Shown here one piece after another: positions 20,339-29,670 of a DNA stretch of 64,000 bases; position 1 is the first letter of the stretch, and every line of letters starts with the position of its first letter. The position numbers and the translations under genes are program-made. Location: positions 448,001 through 512,000 of the forward strand of contig JAXGNR010000004.1 of assembly GCA_040767965.1 (NCBI GenBank), read 5' to 3'. The notes below the pieces were generated by a model. The model did not search any database. It was not told the origin of the DNA and worked only from the letters and a program-made list of their open reading frames with translations. The DNA is from Atribacterota bacterium. Lineage in GTDB: Bacteria; Atribacterota; Phoenicimicrobiia; Phoenicimicrobiales; Stramentimicrobiaceae.

Positions 20339-21709
20339 GTGAAAAATAGTATTAAGGAATATTATAGATGTGAAAATTGTGATTATGAAACTCCCCAATG
20401 GTTAGGCCGTTGTCCAAGTTGCGGAGAATGGAATACATTTGTTAGTATTGAAAAAAGTGCAAACAAAACGAAATCTTTAAAAAAAAGAACTACTAGCAAT
20501 TCTGCGAAACCAATCGCTGATTTTCTTTTTAAAAATGAAAATCAGCGATTTAAAACAAATATTAAAGAATTTGACCGGGTATTAGGAGGAGGTGTAGTTT
20601 CAGGTTCGCTTATTCTTATTGGAGGAGAGCCTGGAATTGGAAAATCAACTCTGGTATTGCAAGTGGCAAATCAGTTAGCAAAAAATGTTGGGAAGTCGCT
20701 ATATATTACTGCAGAAGAGTCAATCAGACAAATTCACTTACGAGCTGAACGTTTATCTGTTGAAGCAAAAGAACTTTATTTATTGTCAGAAACAGACCTG
20801 GAAAACATTATCCAGCAGATAATGCTTGTACAGCCTAAAATCGCTATAATTGATTCAATACAAATAATTAATGATAATTCAACAGATTCAACTCCAGGAA
20901 GTATTAATCAGGTTAAGAATTGTACAGCAAGATTAATGGAAATTGCCAAAAAAAATAATATTGCTATTATTATTATAGGTCATGTTACAAAAGGCGGAGC
21001 AATTGCAGGGCCAAAAATATTGGAGCATATGGTTGATACTGTACTTTATTTAGAAGGAGAAAGATATCAATCTTTTAGATTACTAAGAAGCATAAAAAAT
21101 CGTTTTGGAACTACAAATGAGCTGGGTATTTTTCAGATGGAAAGTTCCGGACTGCAGGAAGTTTTAAATCCTTCTAAAATATTAATATCTTCTCGCGAAA
21201 AACCTGTACCCGGGACAGCAACAACTGTGACCTTCGAAGGAAGCCGGCCCTTGGTTGTTGAGATTGAAGCATTGGTAAGCAATTCTTTTTTAACAAATCC
21301 TCGACGCATATCTACAGGGGTAGATTATAGCAGAGTATCTTTAATAATTGCTGTATTGGAAAACCGGTTAGGTTTACAGTTTCAAAATAAAGACATTTAT
21401 GTTAATGCAGCCGGAGGTATTAAAATAAGTGAACCAGCAATCGATCTCGGTATCGCTCTAGCTATTATTAGCAGTAATAAAGATGTAGCTATTGATATGG
21501 ATACAGTTGTCTTTGGAGAAATAGGTCTGACCGGTGAGCTGAGATCAGTTGGTATGAGTGAAAGAAGATTGAAGGAAGCACAGAAGATTGGTTATAAAAA
21601 AAGTATAATCCCAACAGAGAATGCAAAACAATTAATAAAAAAATTTAATGGTTTTGGAATAAAAAGCGTTAGTAATATACAAGAAATTATAAAATTTATA
21701 CAAAAATAA
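20339..21709 (+). CDS. radA: DNA repair protein RadA/Sms
   Basis: C4 zinc finger, GEPGIGKST, KNRFG. Confidence 0.97.
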   Translation: MKNSIKEYYRCENCDYETPQWLGRCPSCGEWNTFVSIEKSANKTKSLKKRTTSNSAKPIADFLFKNENQRFKTNIKEFDRVLGGGVVSGSLILIGGEPGIGKSTLVLQVANQLAKNVGKSLYITAEESIRQIHLRAERLSVEAKELYLLSETDLENIIQQIMLVQPKIAIIDSIQIINDNSTDSTPGSINQVKNCTARLMEIAKKNNIAIIIIGHVTKGGAIAGPKILEHMVDTVLYLEGERYQSFRLLRSIKNRFGTTNELGIFQMESSGLQEVLNPSKILISSREKPVPGTATTVTFEGSRPLVVEIEALVSNSFLTNPRRISTGVDYSRVSLIIAVLENRLGLQFQNKDIYVNAAGGIKISEPAIDLGIALAIISSNKDVAIDMDTVVFGEIGLTGELRSVGMSERRLKEAQKIGYKKSIIPTENAKQLIKKFNGFGIKSVSNIQEIIKFIQK

Positions 21710-21744
21710 TAATCTATTTTTAACTGAAAATAATAATTGTCTTT

Positions 21745-21773
21745 TTGACACTAAAAATGGCAAATGCTATAAT
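21745..21773 (+). promoter_or_regulatory. Consensus promoter upstream of the PIN/TRAM gene
   Basis: TTGACA-N17-TATAAT with extended -10 TG. Confidence 0.8.
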
Positions 21774-21921
21774 TTAGTCACTTTTTATTCATTTTACTTT
21801 ATAGTTATTTTAATACTGTTTATTTTATTATTTTAAAAAACATAAAGGGGAGGTGATAATAATAAGAAAATATTTTAAAGTAAAAAAGATAATTAAAAAT
21901 TGAATATAGGAGGTATTTAAT

Positions 21922-23061
21922 TTGTCAGGATTAACAAGAAAAATTATTTGTATTATTTTTTTGCTGATAGGTGGCATAATGGGTTATGAAATTATTCCTG
22001 GCATCGATAGTTTGTCTAATATAGACTTATTAATAAACAAGCAATGGTTGTTGCCAATATTATCCTTTTTTATAGGGTCTTTTTTCGGATTTATAATATT
22101 TATACTAAGTTATAAAAAAATAAGTTTATTAGGTGAAAGATTTATAACCTATTTTATAAAAATACCTACTCAAAAAATTTTATCGGGTGTTATCGGTTTA
22201 ATAGTGGGTTTGATAATAGCAAATTTATTAGCATATTCATTATCTTTCATACCTTTTATTGGAAACTATCTGCCAATCACGCTTAATATTACACTGGGTT
22301 TATTAGGAATTATTATTGGATTAAGCAAAAGAGAAGAAAGTGTAAATTTTTATAAAAAAAGTATTGGTAAGCTGAAGAAAAAAGAAAAAATAGCCCAATA
22401 CCAACCAAAAATACTGGACACAAGCGTTATCATCGATGGCAGAATTGCAGATATTTGCCAAACAGATTTTTTAGATGGTGAACTAATAATTCCACGTTTT
22501 GTATTGAATGAATTACAAGCCATAGCTGATTCCTCAGAACCTCTTAAGCGAAATCGAGGCAGAAGAGGTCTGGATGTTTTAAATAGAATTAATAAAATTC
22601 ATGCAAATAAAATAAAAATAATCAGTCAGGATTATAATGACTTAAAAAGTGTTGATACAAAATTAATTAGATTAGCCAAAGATCTAGATGCCAAAGTTTT
22701 GACAAATGATTATAATCTAAATAAGCTTGCACAGCTGGAAAATGTATCTGTACTAAATATTAACGATCTTTCCAATGCTTTAAAGTCTGTTATATTACCA
22801 GGAGAAGAATTAATAACTCAGATTATCAAAGAAGGCAAAGAATCCGGTCAAGGAGTCGCTTATTTGGATGACGGTACAATGATAGTAGTTGAAAATGGAA
22901 TAAAAAATATCGGAGATAAAGTAAAAGTAGTAGTGACTAGTATTTTACAAACACCGGCAGGCAGAATGATATTTGGAAGGATAAAAGAAAAAATAAGTCA
23001 AAATCATAATGGTTTCAATGATAGTAGTAAAAAGTATCATTCCAGTCATAAAAACAGATAA
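21922..23061 (+). CDS. yacL: Membrane PIN/TRAM domain protein (YacL family)
   Basis: 4 TM segments; [40 protein letters not shown]. Confidence 0.9.
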   Translation: MSGLTRKIICIIFLLIGGIMGYEIIPGIDSLSNIDLLINKQWLLPILSFFIGSFFGFIIFILSYKKISLLGERFITYFIKIPTQKILSGVIGLIVGLIIANLLAYSLSFIPFIGNYLPITLNITLGLLGIIIGLSKREESVNFYKKSIGKLKKKEKIAQYQPKILDTSVIIDGRIADICQTDFLDGELIIPRFVLNELQAIADSSEPLKRNRGRRGLDVLNRINKIHANKIKIISQDYNDLKSVDTKLIRLAKDLDAKVLTNDYNLNKLAQLENVSVLNINDLSNALKSVILPGEELITQIIKEGKESGQGVAYLDDGTMIVVENGIKNIGDKVKVVVTSILQTPAGRMIFGRIKEKISQNHNGFNDSSKKYHSSHKNR

Positions 23062-23136
23062 TCAAATAAAATAATTAACATATTATCCTGTTTTTAGTTT
23101 CAATTAAATAGAAAGATTAATAGAGAGGATAAAAAG

Positions 23137-24564
23137 TTGTCTTTAAAATTATATAATACACTAACTAGCAAAAAAGAAATATTTCATCCCTTGGAAAAAG
23201 ACAAAGTAAAAATGTATGTTTGCGGCCCAACAGTTTACGATTTTTTTCACATCGGCAATGCCAGACCTTTTTTAATATTTGAAGTTCTAAGAAGATACTT
23301 TCAGTTTAAAAAATATCAGGTCAAATATGTTTCTAATTTTACCGACATAGACGATAAGGTTATAAAAAGAGCAAATGAAATGGGAGTTGATTTTTCAGAA
23401 ATTGCAGAAAGATATATTAAAGAATATTTTCAAGATGCTGATTATTTGAATATCGGTAGAGCTGATGTAAATCCGAAAGCTACTGATCACATTACTGATA
23501 TCATAGCTTTTGTTGAAGGTTTAGTTGAAAAAGGTTATGCTTATGCAGTTGATGGAGATGTTTTTTTTGAAGTAAATAAATTTAAGGACTATGGCAAACT
23601 ATCTAAACAAAATTTAGAAGAAATAAGAGCTGGAGAAAGAATTGATGTAGATCTTCGCAAGAGAAACCCTTTTGATTTTGTTTTATGGAAAAAAGCGAAA
23701 AAAGATGAGCCTTATTGGGATAGTCCATGGGGTAAAGGAAGGCCGGGCTGGCATATTGAATGTTCGGTTATGTCGCGCAAATATTTAGGAGATAGTTTTG
23801 ATATTCATGCTGGGGGAGCTGATTTAATATTTCCACATCATGAAAATGAAATAGCTCAAAGTGAAGCTTTTACCGGAAAGATATTTGCAAAATACTGGCT
23901 CCATAACGGTTATCTGAAAATAGACAATAAAAAAATGTCTAAATCTATTGGCAATATCTTAAAAATAAGAGAACTTTCAGAAAAATACTCTGGTTCAGAT
24001 CTCAGACATTTTCTTTTATCTGCTCATTACCGAAGCCCTTTGAATTTTTCAGAAGAGCAATTAGAGCAATCTAAAAATAGCCTGGATACCTTAAAAAATC
24101 TTATTTTTAATTTAAACCATATTAAAGAAAAAGATGTATTTTCTGAAAAGATTGACGATTTAGGTAAGGAATTACTTTCAAGAAAAAGAGAATTAGAAAA
24201 TAAATTTATAGAAGCTATGGATGATGATCTTAACACACCTGTTGCACTTAGCACCCTATTCTTATTAGCAAAAAGCGCCAATGTTTATATTAATAGTGAT
24301 GCTGTTAAAAATAAAAAGGTCATTGATGAGGTGTTAGATTTTTATCAACAATATGGAAATGATATTTTAGGTTTTAAAGAAGAAACGGCTGATAAATTTG
24401 AATCGTATGTAAACGATAAGGAAATTGAAGAATTAGTAGAAAAAAGAGAAAAGGCAAGAAAAAATAAAGACTGGAAAACTGCTGATGAGATAAGAGATCA
24501 GTTAAAAGAAATGGATATAATTTTAGAGGATACAGTAGATGGTATTCGTTGGAAAAAAGCTTGA
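23137..24564 (+). CDS. cysS: Cysteine--tRNA ligase
   Basis: CGPTVY, HIGN, GRPGWHIECS, KMSKS. Confidence 0.98.
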   Translation: MSLKLYNTLTSKKEIFHPLEKDKVKMYVCGPTVYDFFHIGNARPFLIFEVLRRYFQFKKYQVKYVSNFTDIDDKVIKRANEMGVDFSEIAERYIKEYFQDADYLNIGRADVNPKATDHITDIIAFVEGLVEKGYAYAVDGDVFFEVNKFKDYGKLSKQNLEEIRAGERIDVDLRKRNPFDFVLWKKAKKDEPYWDSPWGKGRPGWHIECSVMSRKYLGDSFDIHAGGADLIFPHHENEIAQSEAFTGKIFAKYWLHNGYLKIDNKKMSKSIGNILKIRELSEKYSGSDLRHFLLSAHYRSPLNFSEEQLEQSKNSLDTLKNLIFNLNHIKEKDVFSEKIDDLGKELLSRKRELENKFIEAMDDDLNTPVALSTLFLLAKSANVYINSDAVKNKKVIDEVLDFYQQYGNDILGFKEETADKFESYVNDKEIEELVEKREKARKNKDWKTADEIRDQLKEMDIILEDTVDGIRWKKA

Positions 24565-24590
24565 CTATGTTTTTGCCATTAGTCTATAAT
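24561..24590 (+). promoter_or_regulatory. Promoter for sigH, -35 overlapping the cysS stop codon
   Basis: TTGACT-N18-TATAAT. Confidence 0.6.
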
Positions 24591-24678
24591 TGAAAAAAAT
24601 TGCGCTAGATTTAGCTTTTAAAAGTTTTTTAAAATAAAGTTAGATTTTTAAGCCAATAAAAAATGTTGAGGTTTCGCT

Positions 24679-25314
24679 TTGAATATATTTGAAGATAAGT
24701 CAACTGTTTTTTATAAAAAATATGATGACTCAGAATTGGTTTGCATGGCTAATGAAGGGAATTATTTTGCAGAACAGTATATAATAAATAAATATAAAAA
24801 ACATGTTAAAATGAAAGCAAGAACTTATTTTTTAATAGGCGCCGATAGAGAGGATATTATACAAGAAGGCATGATTGGATTGTACAAAGCCGTTAGGAAT
24901 TATGATGGATTAAAGCAATCTTCTTTTAATACATTTGCTGAAATATGTATAAACAGACAGATAATTACAGCTATAAAAACGGCAACCAGACAAAAGCATA
25001 TGCCCTTGAATTATTATGTTTCTCTGAACCAGACTTTAAACCACGATAGCTCTGAAAGGACTTTGCTGGATGTTGTTGATGATATTAATATTAACGATCC
25101 AATGGCATTGTTTATAACAAAAGAAAGATTTAAGGAAATAGAGGATAATTTAAAAAAAGTATTGTCTAAATTGGAAATGCAAGTTTTGGAATTATATCTA
25201 GATGGGAAAACCTATCGGGAAATTGCTCTTGAAATAAAGAGAAATACAAAGTCTATAGATAATGCTATTCAAAGAATAAAATCAAAAATAGAATTTGTTC
25301 ATAAATTCAATTGA
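24679..25314 (+). CDS. sigH: RNA polymerase sigma factor, SigH family
   Basis: YFLIGADREDIIQEGMIGLYKA, ATRQKHMPLN, KSIDNAIQRIK; conserved cysS-sigH-rpmG neighbourhood. Confidence 0.92.
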   Translation: MNIFEDKSTVFYKKYDDSELVCMANEGNYFAEQYIINKYKKHVKMKARTYFLIGADREDIIQEGMIGLYKAVRNYDGLKQSSFNTFAEICINRQIITAIKTATRQKHMPLNYYVSLNQTLNHDSSERTLLDVVDDININDPMALFITKERFKEIEDNLKKVLSKLEMQVLELYLDGKTYREIALEIKRNTKSIDNAIQRIKSKIEFVHKFN

Positions 25315-25339
25315 CTACTACAAAAAAAACAATTATAAT
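25311..25339 (+). promoter_or_regulatory. Promoter for the tRNA-tuf transcript, -35 overlapping the sigH stop codon
   Basis: TTGACT-N17-TATAAT, 10 nt before tRNA-Thr. Confidence 0.75.
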
Positions 25340-25349
25340 GTAGACTGTT

Positions 25350-25425
25350 GCCGGTGTAGCTCAGCTGGTAGAGCAGCTGATTTGTAATCAGCAGGTCATC
25401 CGTTCGAATCGGATCATCGGCTCCA
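25350..25425 (+). tRNA. tRNA-Thr(TGT)
   Basis: Cloverleaf, anticodon loop TT-TGT-AA, GTTCGAATC, encoded CCA. Confidence 0.97.
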
Positions 25426-25444
25426 TAAAGTGAAGCATAAATAT

Positions 25445-25531
25445 GGGGAGGTACCAAAGTGGCCAAATGGAGCGGACTGTAGATCCGTTGGCTGAACGCC
25501 TTCGAAGGTTCGAATCCTTCCCTCCCCACCA
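25445..25531 (+). tRNA. tRNA-Tyr(GTA)
   Basis: Anticodon arm GCGGA-CTGTAGA-TCCGT, long variable arm, encoded CCA. Confidence 0.96.
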
Positions 25532-25533
25532 TT

Positions 25534-25609
<76 letters not shown>

Positions 25610-25661
25610 AAAAAATGTTTTTTGAAAAAATAGTCAATTTTACACATAATTACAGAAATGT

Positions 25662-26900
25662 TTCTTTTTAAGGAGGAAAAAACAAAATGGCTAAAGAAAA
25701 GTTTGTTCGTACTAAGCCGCATGTTAATATCGGTACTATAGGTCACGTTGACCATGGAAAGACTACCCTGACTGCAGCAATAACTAAATATTTGTCTATC
25801 AAGAAATTCGCCAAAGCCACGGCTTTTGATGAAATTGACCGTGCACCTGAAGAAAAGGAAAGAGGGATTACCATCTCAGTATTCCATGCGGAGTACGAAA
25901 CAGAAAAAAGACATTATGCCCATATAGACTGCCCTGGTCATGCTGACTATGTTAAAAACATGATTACCGGTGCAGCTCAAATGGATGGTGCAATCTTAGT
26001 CGTTTCTGCTGCTGATGGTCCTATGCCTCAGACCAGAGAACATATCCTGTTATCCAGACAGGTTGGTGTACCATACATCGTAGTTTTCTTAAACAAAACC
26101 GATATGGTGGATGACCCTGAATTGATTGAATTGGTAGAAATGGAAGTTCGGGAATTATTAAGTGAATATGAATTCCCAGGTGATGATATTCCGGTAGTAA
26201 AAGGTTCAGCCTTAAAGGCCATGGAAGCAGATACTGCTAACCCGGATGATCCTGCTTTCAAACCAATGCAGGAATTAATGGATGCGGTAGACAGCTATAT
26301 CGCCACACCGATGCGTGAGAATGACAAGCCTTTCCTGATGTCTATCGAAGACGTCTTTAGCATAACCGGAAGAGGAACAGTTGCTACTGGCCGTATTGAG
26401 CGCGGTATGATAAAAGTTGGTGACACAGTAGAAATAGTAGGTTTAAGTGATAAGCCGAAAAAAACAGTTGCTACTGGTGTGGAAATGTTCCGCAAGCTGC
26501 TCGATCAAGCTGAAGCAGGGGATAATGTAGGTATTCTCTTGCGTGGTGTAGATAAAAAAGAGATTAAACGCGGACAGGTTCTTGCTGCCCCAGGCAGTAT
26601 TACTCCTCACACCAAATTCAAAGGCGAATTAGTTATCCTTACCAAAGATGAAGGTGGAAGACATACTCCTATCTTTAGCGGTTATCGTCCTCAGTTCTAC
26701 TTTAGAACCACAGACGTTACAGGTACCGTACATCTACCTGAAGGAGTAGAGATGGCCATGCCTGGTGATAACTTGACTGTTTCCGGAGAATTAATTACTC
26801 CAATCGCTATGGAAAAAGGAGTTCGCTTTGCTATCCGGGAAGGTGGCAGAACCATAGCAGCAGGAGTTGTTACCGACATAGTTGAGTAATAATGGTGATA
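25662..26900 (+). repeat. Direct repeat copy 1 (tuf plus 25 bp upstream and 11 bp downstream); partner at 42928-44166
   Basis: Identical translations; DNA identical in every stretch I compared, including RBS and post-stop bases. Confidence 0.9.
25687..26889 (+). CDS. tuf: Elongation factor Tu (tRNA-linked copy)
   Basis: [18 protein letters not shown]. Confidence 0.99.
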   Translation: MAKEKFVRTKPHVNIGTIGHVDHGKTTLTAAITKYLSIKKFAKATAFDEIDRAPEEKERGITISVFHAEYETEKRHYAHIDCPGHADYVKNMITGAAQMDGAILVVSAADGPMPQTREHILLSRQVGVPYIVVFLNKTDMVDDPELIELVEMEVRELLSEYEFPGDDIPVVKGSALKAMEADTANPDDPAFKPMQELMDAVDSYIATPMRENDKPFLMSIEDVFSITGRGTVATGRIERGMIKVGDTVEIVGLSDKPKKTVATGVEMFRKLLDQAEAGDNVGILLRGVDKKEIKRGQVLAAPGSITPHTKFKGELVILTKDEGGRHTPIFSGYRPQFYFRTTDVTGTVHLPEGVEMAMPGDNLTVSGELITPIAMEKGVRFAIREGGRTIAAGVVTDIVE

Positions 26901-26942
26901 CTAAAAATTACAGTATTTAATAAATACTGGATATAACAAAAA

Positions 26943-26980
26943 AACAATTAAGACTGGGTATTGATCCAGTCTTAATTGTT
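26943..26980 (+). terminator. Long hairpin after tuf, probable terminator
   Basis: AACAATTAAGACTGG-N8-CCAGTCTTAATTGTT, 15-bp perfect stem. Confidence 0.7.
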
Positions 26981-27056
26981 AACTTACTTAGAAGAAGATA
27001 ATAATTAACGAAAATATATAAAAATAATAAATGAAGAGTTTAATTTAATAACTTGC

Positions 27057-27085
27057 TTGACATCAATCAATAATTATGCTAAATT
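27057..27085 (+). promoter_or_regulatory. Promoter for rpmG-tRNA-Trp-secE-nusG
   Basis: TTGACA-N17-TAAATT with TG extension. Confidence 0.6.
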
Positions 27086-27127
27086 TAATTTCGTTAATTT
27101 TCTTAAACGAGAAAAGGAGTAACCTAG

Positions 27128-27277
27128 ATGAGGCAAAGAATAGTTCTAGCATGTACTGAATGTGATAATCGTAATTACAATAATTACAAAAATAAAAAGA
27201 ATACTTCTGGAAGATTATCTTTGAATAAATATTGCAAATTTTGTAAAAAACATACTGAGCATAAAGAAACAAAATAG
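27128..27277 (+). CDS. rpmG: 50S ribosomal protein L33, Zn-ribbon form (not in ORF track)
   Basis: [49 protein letters not shown]; AAGGAG SD. Confidence 0.96.
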   Translation: MRQRIVLACTECDNRNYNNYKNKKNTSGRLSLNKYCKFCKKHTEHKETK

Positions 27278-27293
27278 AAAAATACAATAACAC

Positions 27294-27369
27294 AGGTCCG
27301 TAGCTCTAACGGGAGAGCACCGGACTCCAAATCCGGGGGTTGCAGGTTCAAATCCTGCCGGGCCTGCCA
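27294..27369 (+). tRNA. tRNA-Trp(CCA)
   Basis: CCGGA-CTCCAAA-TCCGG anticodon arm, encoded CCA, usual position before secE. Confidence 0.96.
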
Positions 27370-27416
27370 TTTTTAATTTTATTAATAAATAGTAAAAATA
27401 TTAAAAAGGTGTTTTA

Positions 27417-27617
27417 ATGAATTTAAATAACTTGTTTCAAAAGATAATTAATTTTATAAAAGAAGCTAGGACTGAATTAAAAAAAGTGACCTGGCCAAAT
27501 AGAAAACAACTAATTAGCAGTACTATTGTAGTAATGATCACTGTTGCTCTGGTGGCTGTTTTTTTAGGCATTGTTGATTTGGTTTTTTCTCGTATTGTTA
27601 CCGTAATATTGCAGTAA
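27417..27617 (+). CDS. secE: Preprotein translocase subunit SecE
   Basis: ELKKVTWP plus a single TM segment. Confidence 0.95.
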   Translation: MNLNNLFQKIINFIKEARTELKKVTWPNRKQLISSTIVVMITVALVAVFLGIVDLVFSRIVTVILQ

Positions 27618-27674
27618 AAAACTACAAAGAAAGAATTAAATGGTCTAATTCAGTTTATTGGAGTGTGATGACCT

Positions 27675-28211
27675 ATAATTAGTATAGATGAAAAAAAATG
27701 GTATGTTGTGCATACTTATTCTGGATATGAAAATAAAGTAAAAATGAATTTAGAACAAAGAGTAAAATCTATGGGGATGGAAGATCAGATATTTCAGGTT
27801 TTAATACCCACTGAAAAAGTCCTTGAAACAAAATCCGGCAAAAGAAGATATGTTCAAAAAAAAGTATTCCCAGGGTATGTAGTTGTAGAAATGAAAATGA
27901 ATAATGAATCTTGGTACACAGTCCGTAATACTCCTGGTGTTACAAGATTTGTCGGATCTGGCGGAAAGCCAGTTGCTTTGAATGATAATGAAATAAAAAA
28001 CATTCTAAAGCAAATGGGCAAAGATGAAAATAAACCAAAAATAGATATTAACGTCGGTACCAGTGTTAATATAATAACTGGTCCTTTTACTGGCTATACA
28101 GGAAAGGTTAGTGATATCGACAATCAAAAAGGAAAATTAAAAGTTTTATTAACTATTTTTGGGAGAGAGACATCAGTAGAATTAGAATTTACCGATGTTG
28201 AAAAATATTAA
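27675..28211 (+). CDS. nusG: Transcription factor NusG (start uncertain, see findings)
   Basis: In-frame KKWYVVHTYSGYE, FPGYV, NTPGVTRFVG, KOW domain; the conserved N-terminus lies upstream of the ORF-track GTG. Confidence 0.93.
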   Translation: MISIDEKKWYVVHTYSGYENKVKMNLEQRVKSMGMEDQIFQVLIPTEKVLETKSGKRRYVQKKVFPGYVVVEMKMNNESWYTVRNTPGVTRFVGSGGKPVALNDNEIKNILKQMGKDENKPKIDINVGTSVNIITGPFTGYTGKVSDIDNQKGKLKVLLTIFGRETSVELEFTDVEKY

Positions 28212-28294
28212 TTTAGATAATTTAGATTATGAAAATAGTGATTCTATAAAAGAATTGCCAAATTATTAATCGTGCGAGAAGAGGTGTAAAGTAA

Positions 28295-28717
28295 ATGGCA
28301 AAAAAGATAATTGCAAATATAAAATTGCAAATTCCCGCTGGAGCGGCAAATCCAGCTCCTCCAGTAGGTCCTGCTTTAGGACAACATGGCCTTAATATTA
28401 TGGAATTTTGTAAATCTTTTAATGCAAAGACAAAACAGGATATAGGCACCGTAATACCAGTAATAATTACTGTTTATCAAGATCGAACATTTGATTTTAT
28501 TTGTAAAAAGCCGCCTATGTCATTTCTTTTAAAAGATGCAGCAAAGGCCGAAAAAGGATCAGCAGAACCTAATAAAACAAAAGTGGCCAAAATATCACGG
28601 GAAAAAGTAAGGGAAATTGCTGAAATCAAGATGCCTGATCTTAATGCTAATGATATTGAAGCTGCTATGAAAATAGTTGAAGGTACTGCTCGTAGCATGG
28701 GCATTGAAATAGAATAA
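28295..28717 (+). CDS. rplK: 50S ribosomal protein L11
   Basis: [22 protein letters not shown]. Confidence 0.98.
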   Translation: MAKKIIANIKLQIPAGAANPAPPVGPALGQHGLNIMEFCKSFNAKTKQDIGTVIPVIITVYQDRTFDFICKKPPMSFLLKDAAKAEKGSAEPNKTKVAKISREKVREIAEIKMPDLNANDIEAAMKIVEGTARSMGIEIE

Positions 28718-28763
28718 GAATTTAAAAAATAGTATACTAATAATTAATTATATTTTTTAAAAT

Positions 28764-28792
28764 GTGGGAGGAGTAATATCCAACTGTACCAC
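28764..28792 (+). promoter_or_regulatory. L1-binding mRNA autoregulatory site upstream of rplA
   Basis: GTGGGAG-GA..TCC-N-CCAC asymmetric-loop hairpin abutting the rplA SD, as in Firmicutes rplK-rplA spacers. Confidence 0.7.
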
Positions 28793-28804
28793 TAGGAGGA
28801 AATT

Positions 28805-29503
28805 ATGACAAGAAAAAGAGGAAAAAAATATTCTAAGACATTAGAGGGCTTTGATAAAAGTTCTTTATATTCTATTGAAGAAGCAATAAAGTTGGTTAAA
28901 GAATTAACATGGGTTAATTTTACAGAGTCAGTAGATGTTGCAGTCAAATTAGGAGTGAACACCAGACACTCTGAAGAGCAGGTTAGAGGCGCTGTTGATT
29001 TACCCCATGGGACCGGCAAAGAAGCAAAAGTGGTTGTTTTTGCCCAGGGTGAAAAAGTAAAGGAAGCTGAAGAAGCAGGTGCGGAATATGTAGGCGGAGA
29101 AGAATTAGCTGAAAAAATCCTGCAAGGATGGACAGATTTCGATGCAACCATTGCTACCCCGGACATGATGAAAGTGGTTGGTAAATTAGGAAGGGTCTTA
29201 GGCCCACGTGGACTAATGCCAAATCCTAAAGTGGGAACAGTTACTTTTGATGTAAAAGAAGCTGTTTCATCAGTCAAAAAAGGTAAAGTTGAATATAGAG
29301 CTGATCGTTTTGGTATTGTTCATGCCATGATTGGGAAAATTAATTTTACTGATGAACAGTTAACTGAAAACTTTAAAACCTTGATTGATGCTATTATTAA
29401 AGCAAAACCAGCTTCTTCAAAAGGAAAATATTTAATTAGTGTTGCTATCTCTTCAACTATGGGTCCAGGAATAAAATTGGATACAATGAAGCTGATTGCT
29501 TGA
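28805..29503 (+). CDS. rplA: 50S ribosomal protein L1
   Basis: LPHGTGK, LGPRGLMPNPKVGTVT, SSTMGPG. Confidence 0.98.
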   Translation: MTRKRGKKYSKTLEGFDKSSLYSIEEAIKLVKELTWVNFTESVDVAVKLGVNTRHSEEQVRGAVDLPHGTGKEAKVVVFAQGEKVKEAEEAGAEYVGGEELAEKILQGWTDFDATIATPDMMKVVGKLGRVLGPRGLMPNPKVGTVTFDVKEAVSSVKKGKVEYRADRFGIVHAMIGKINFTDEQLTENFKTLIDAIIKAKPASSKGKYLISVAISSTMGPGIKLDTMKLIA

Positions 29504-29536
29504 AATTATTAATAAGAAAAAATAAATATTGAATAA

Positions 29537-29650
29537 TTCCTTAGACAGTAGGTATCAAATTGATTTAATTGGTTATACCAACCTACAGAGGATGAGAATA
29601 AATATAGTCCTTCCTTACCTTTTAATGTCTAAGGAAGGATTTTATATTTT
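29537..29650 (+). ncRNA. L10 leader RNA with attenuator
   Basis: CCTTAGACAGTAGGT...TTAA...CCTACAGAGG core; terminator GTCCTTCCTTA/TAAGGAAGGAT followed by a T-rich tail. Confidence 0.85.
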
Positions 29651-29670
29651 AGTAGAAAGGAGGAATATCT

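Noticed and set aside
23062-23136. T-box riboswitch before cysS
   Set aside because: The spacer is only 75 nt, AT-rich, and lacks the GGTGGNACCGCG T-box motif
25299-25532. 77-aa minus-strand ORF (MVGREGFEPSKA...)
   Set aside because: Typical antisense translation of tRNA-Tyr and tRNA-Thr
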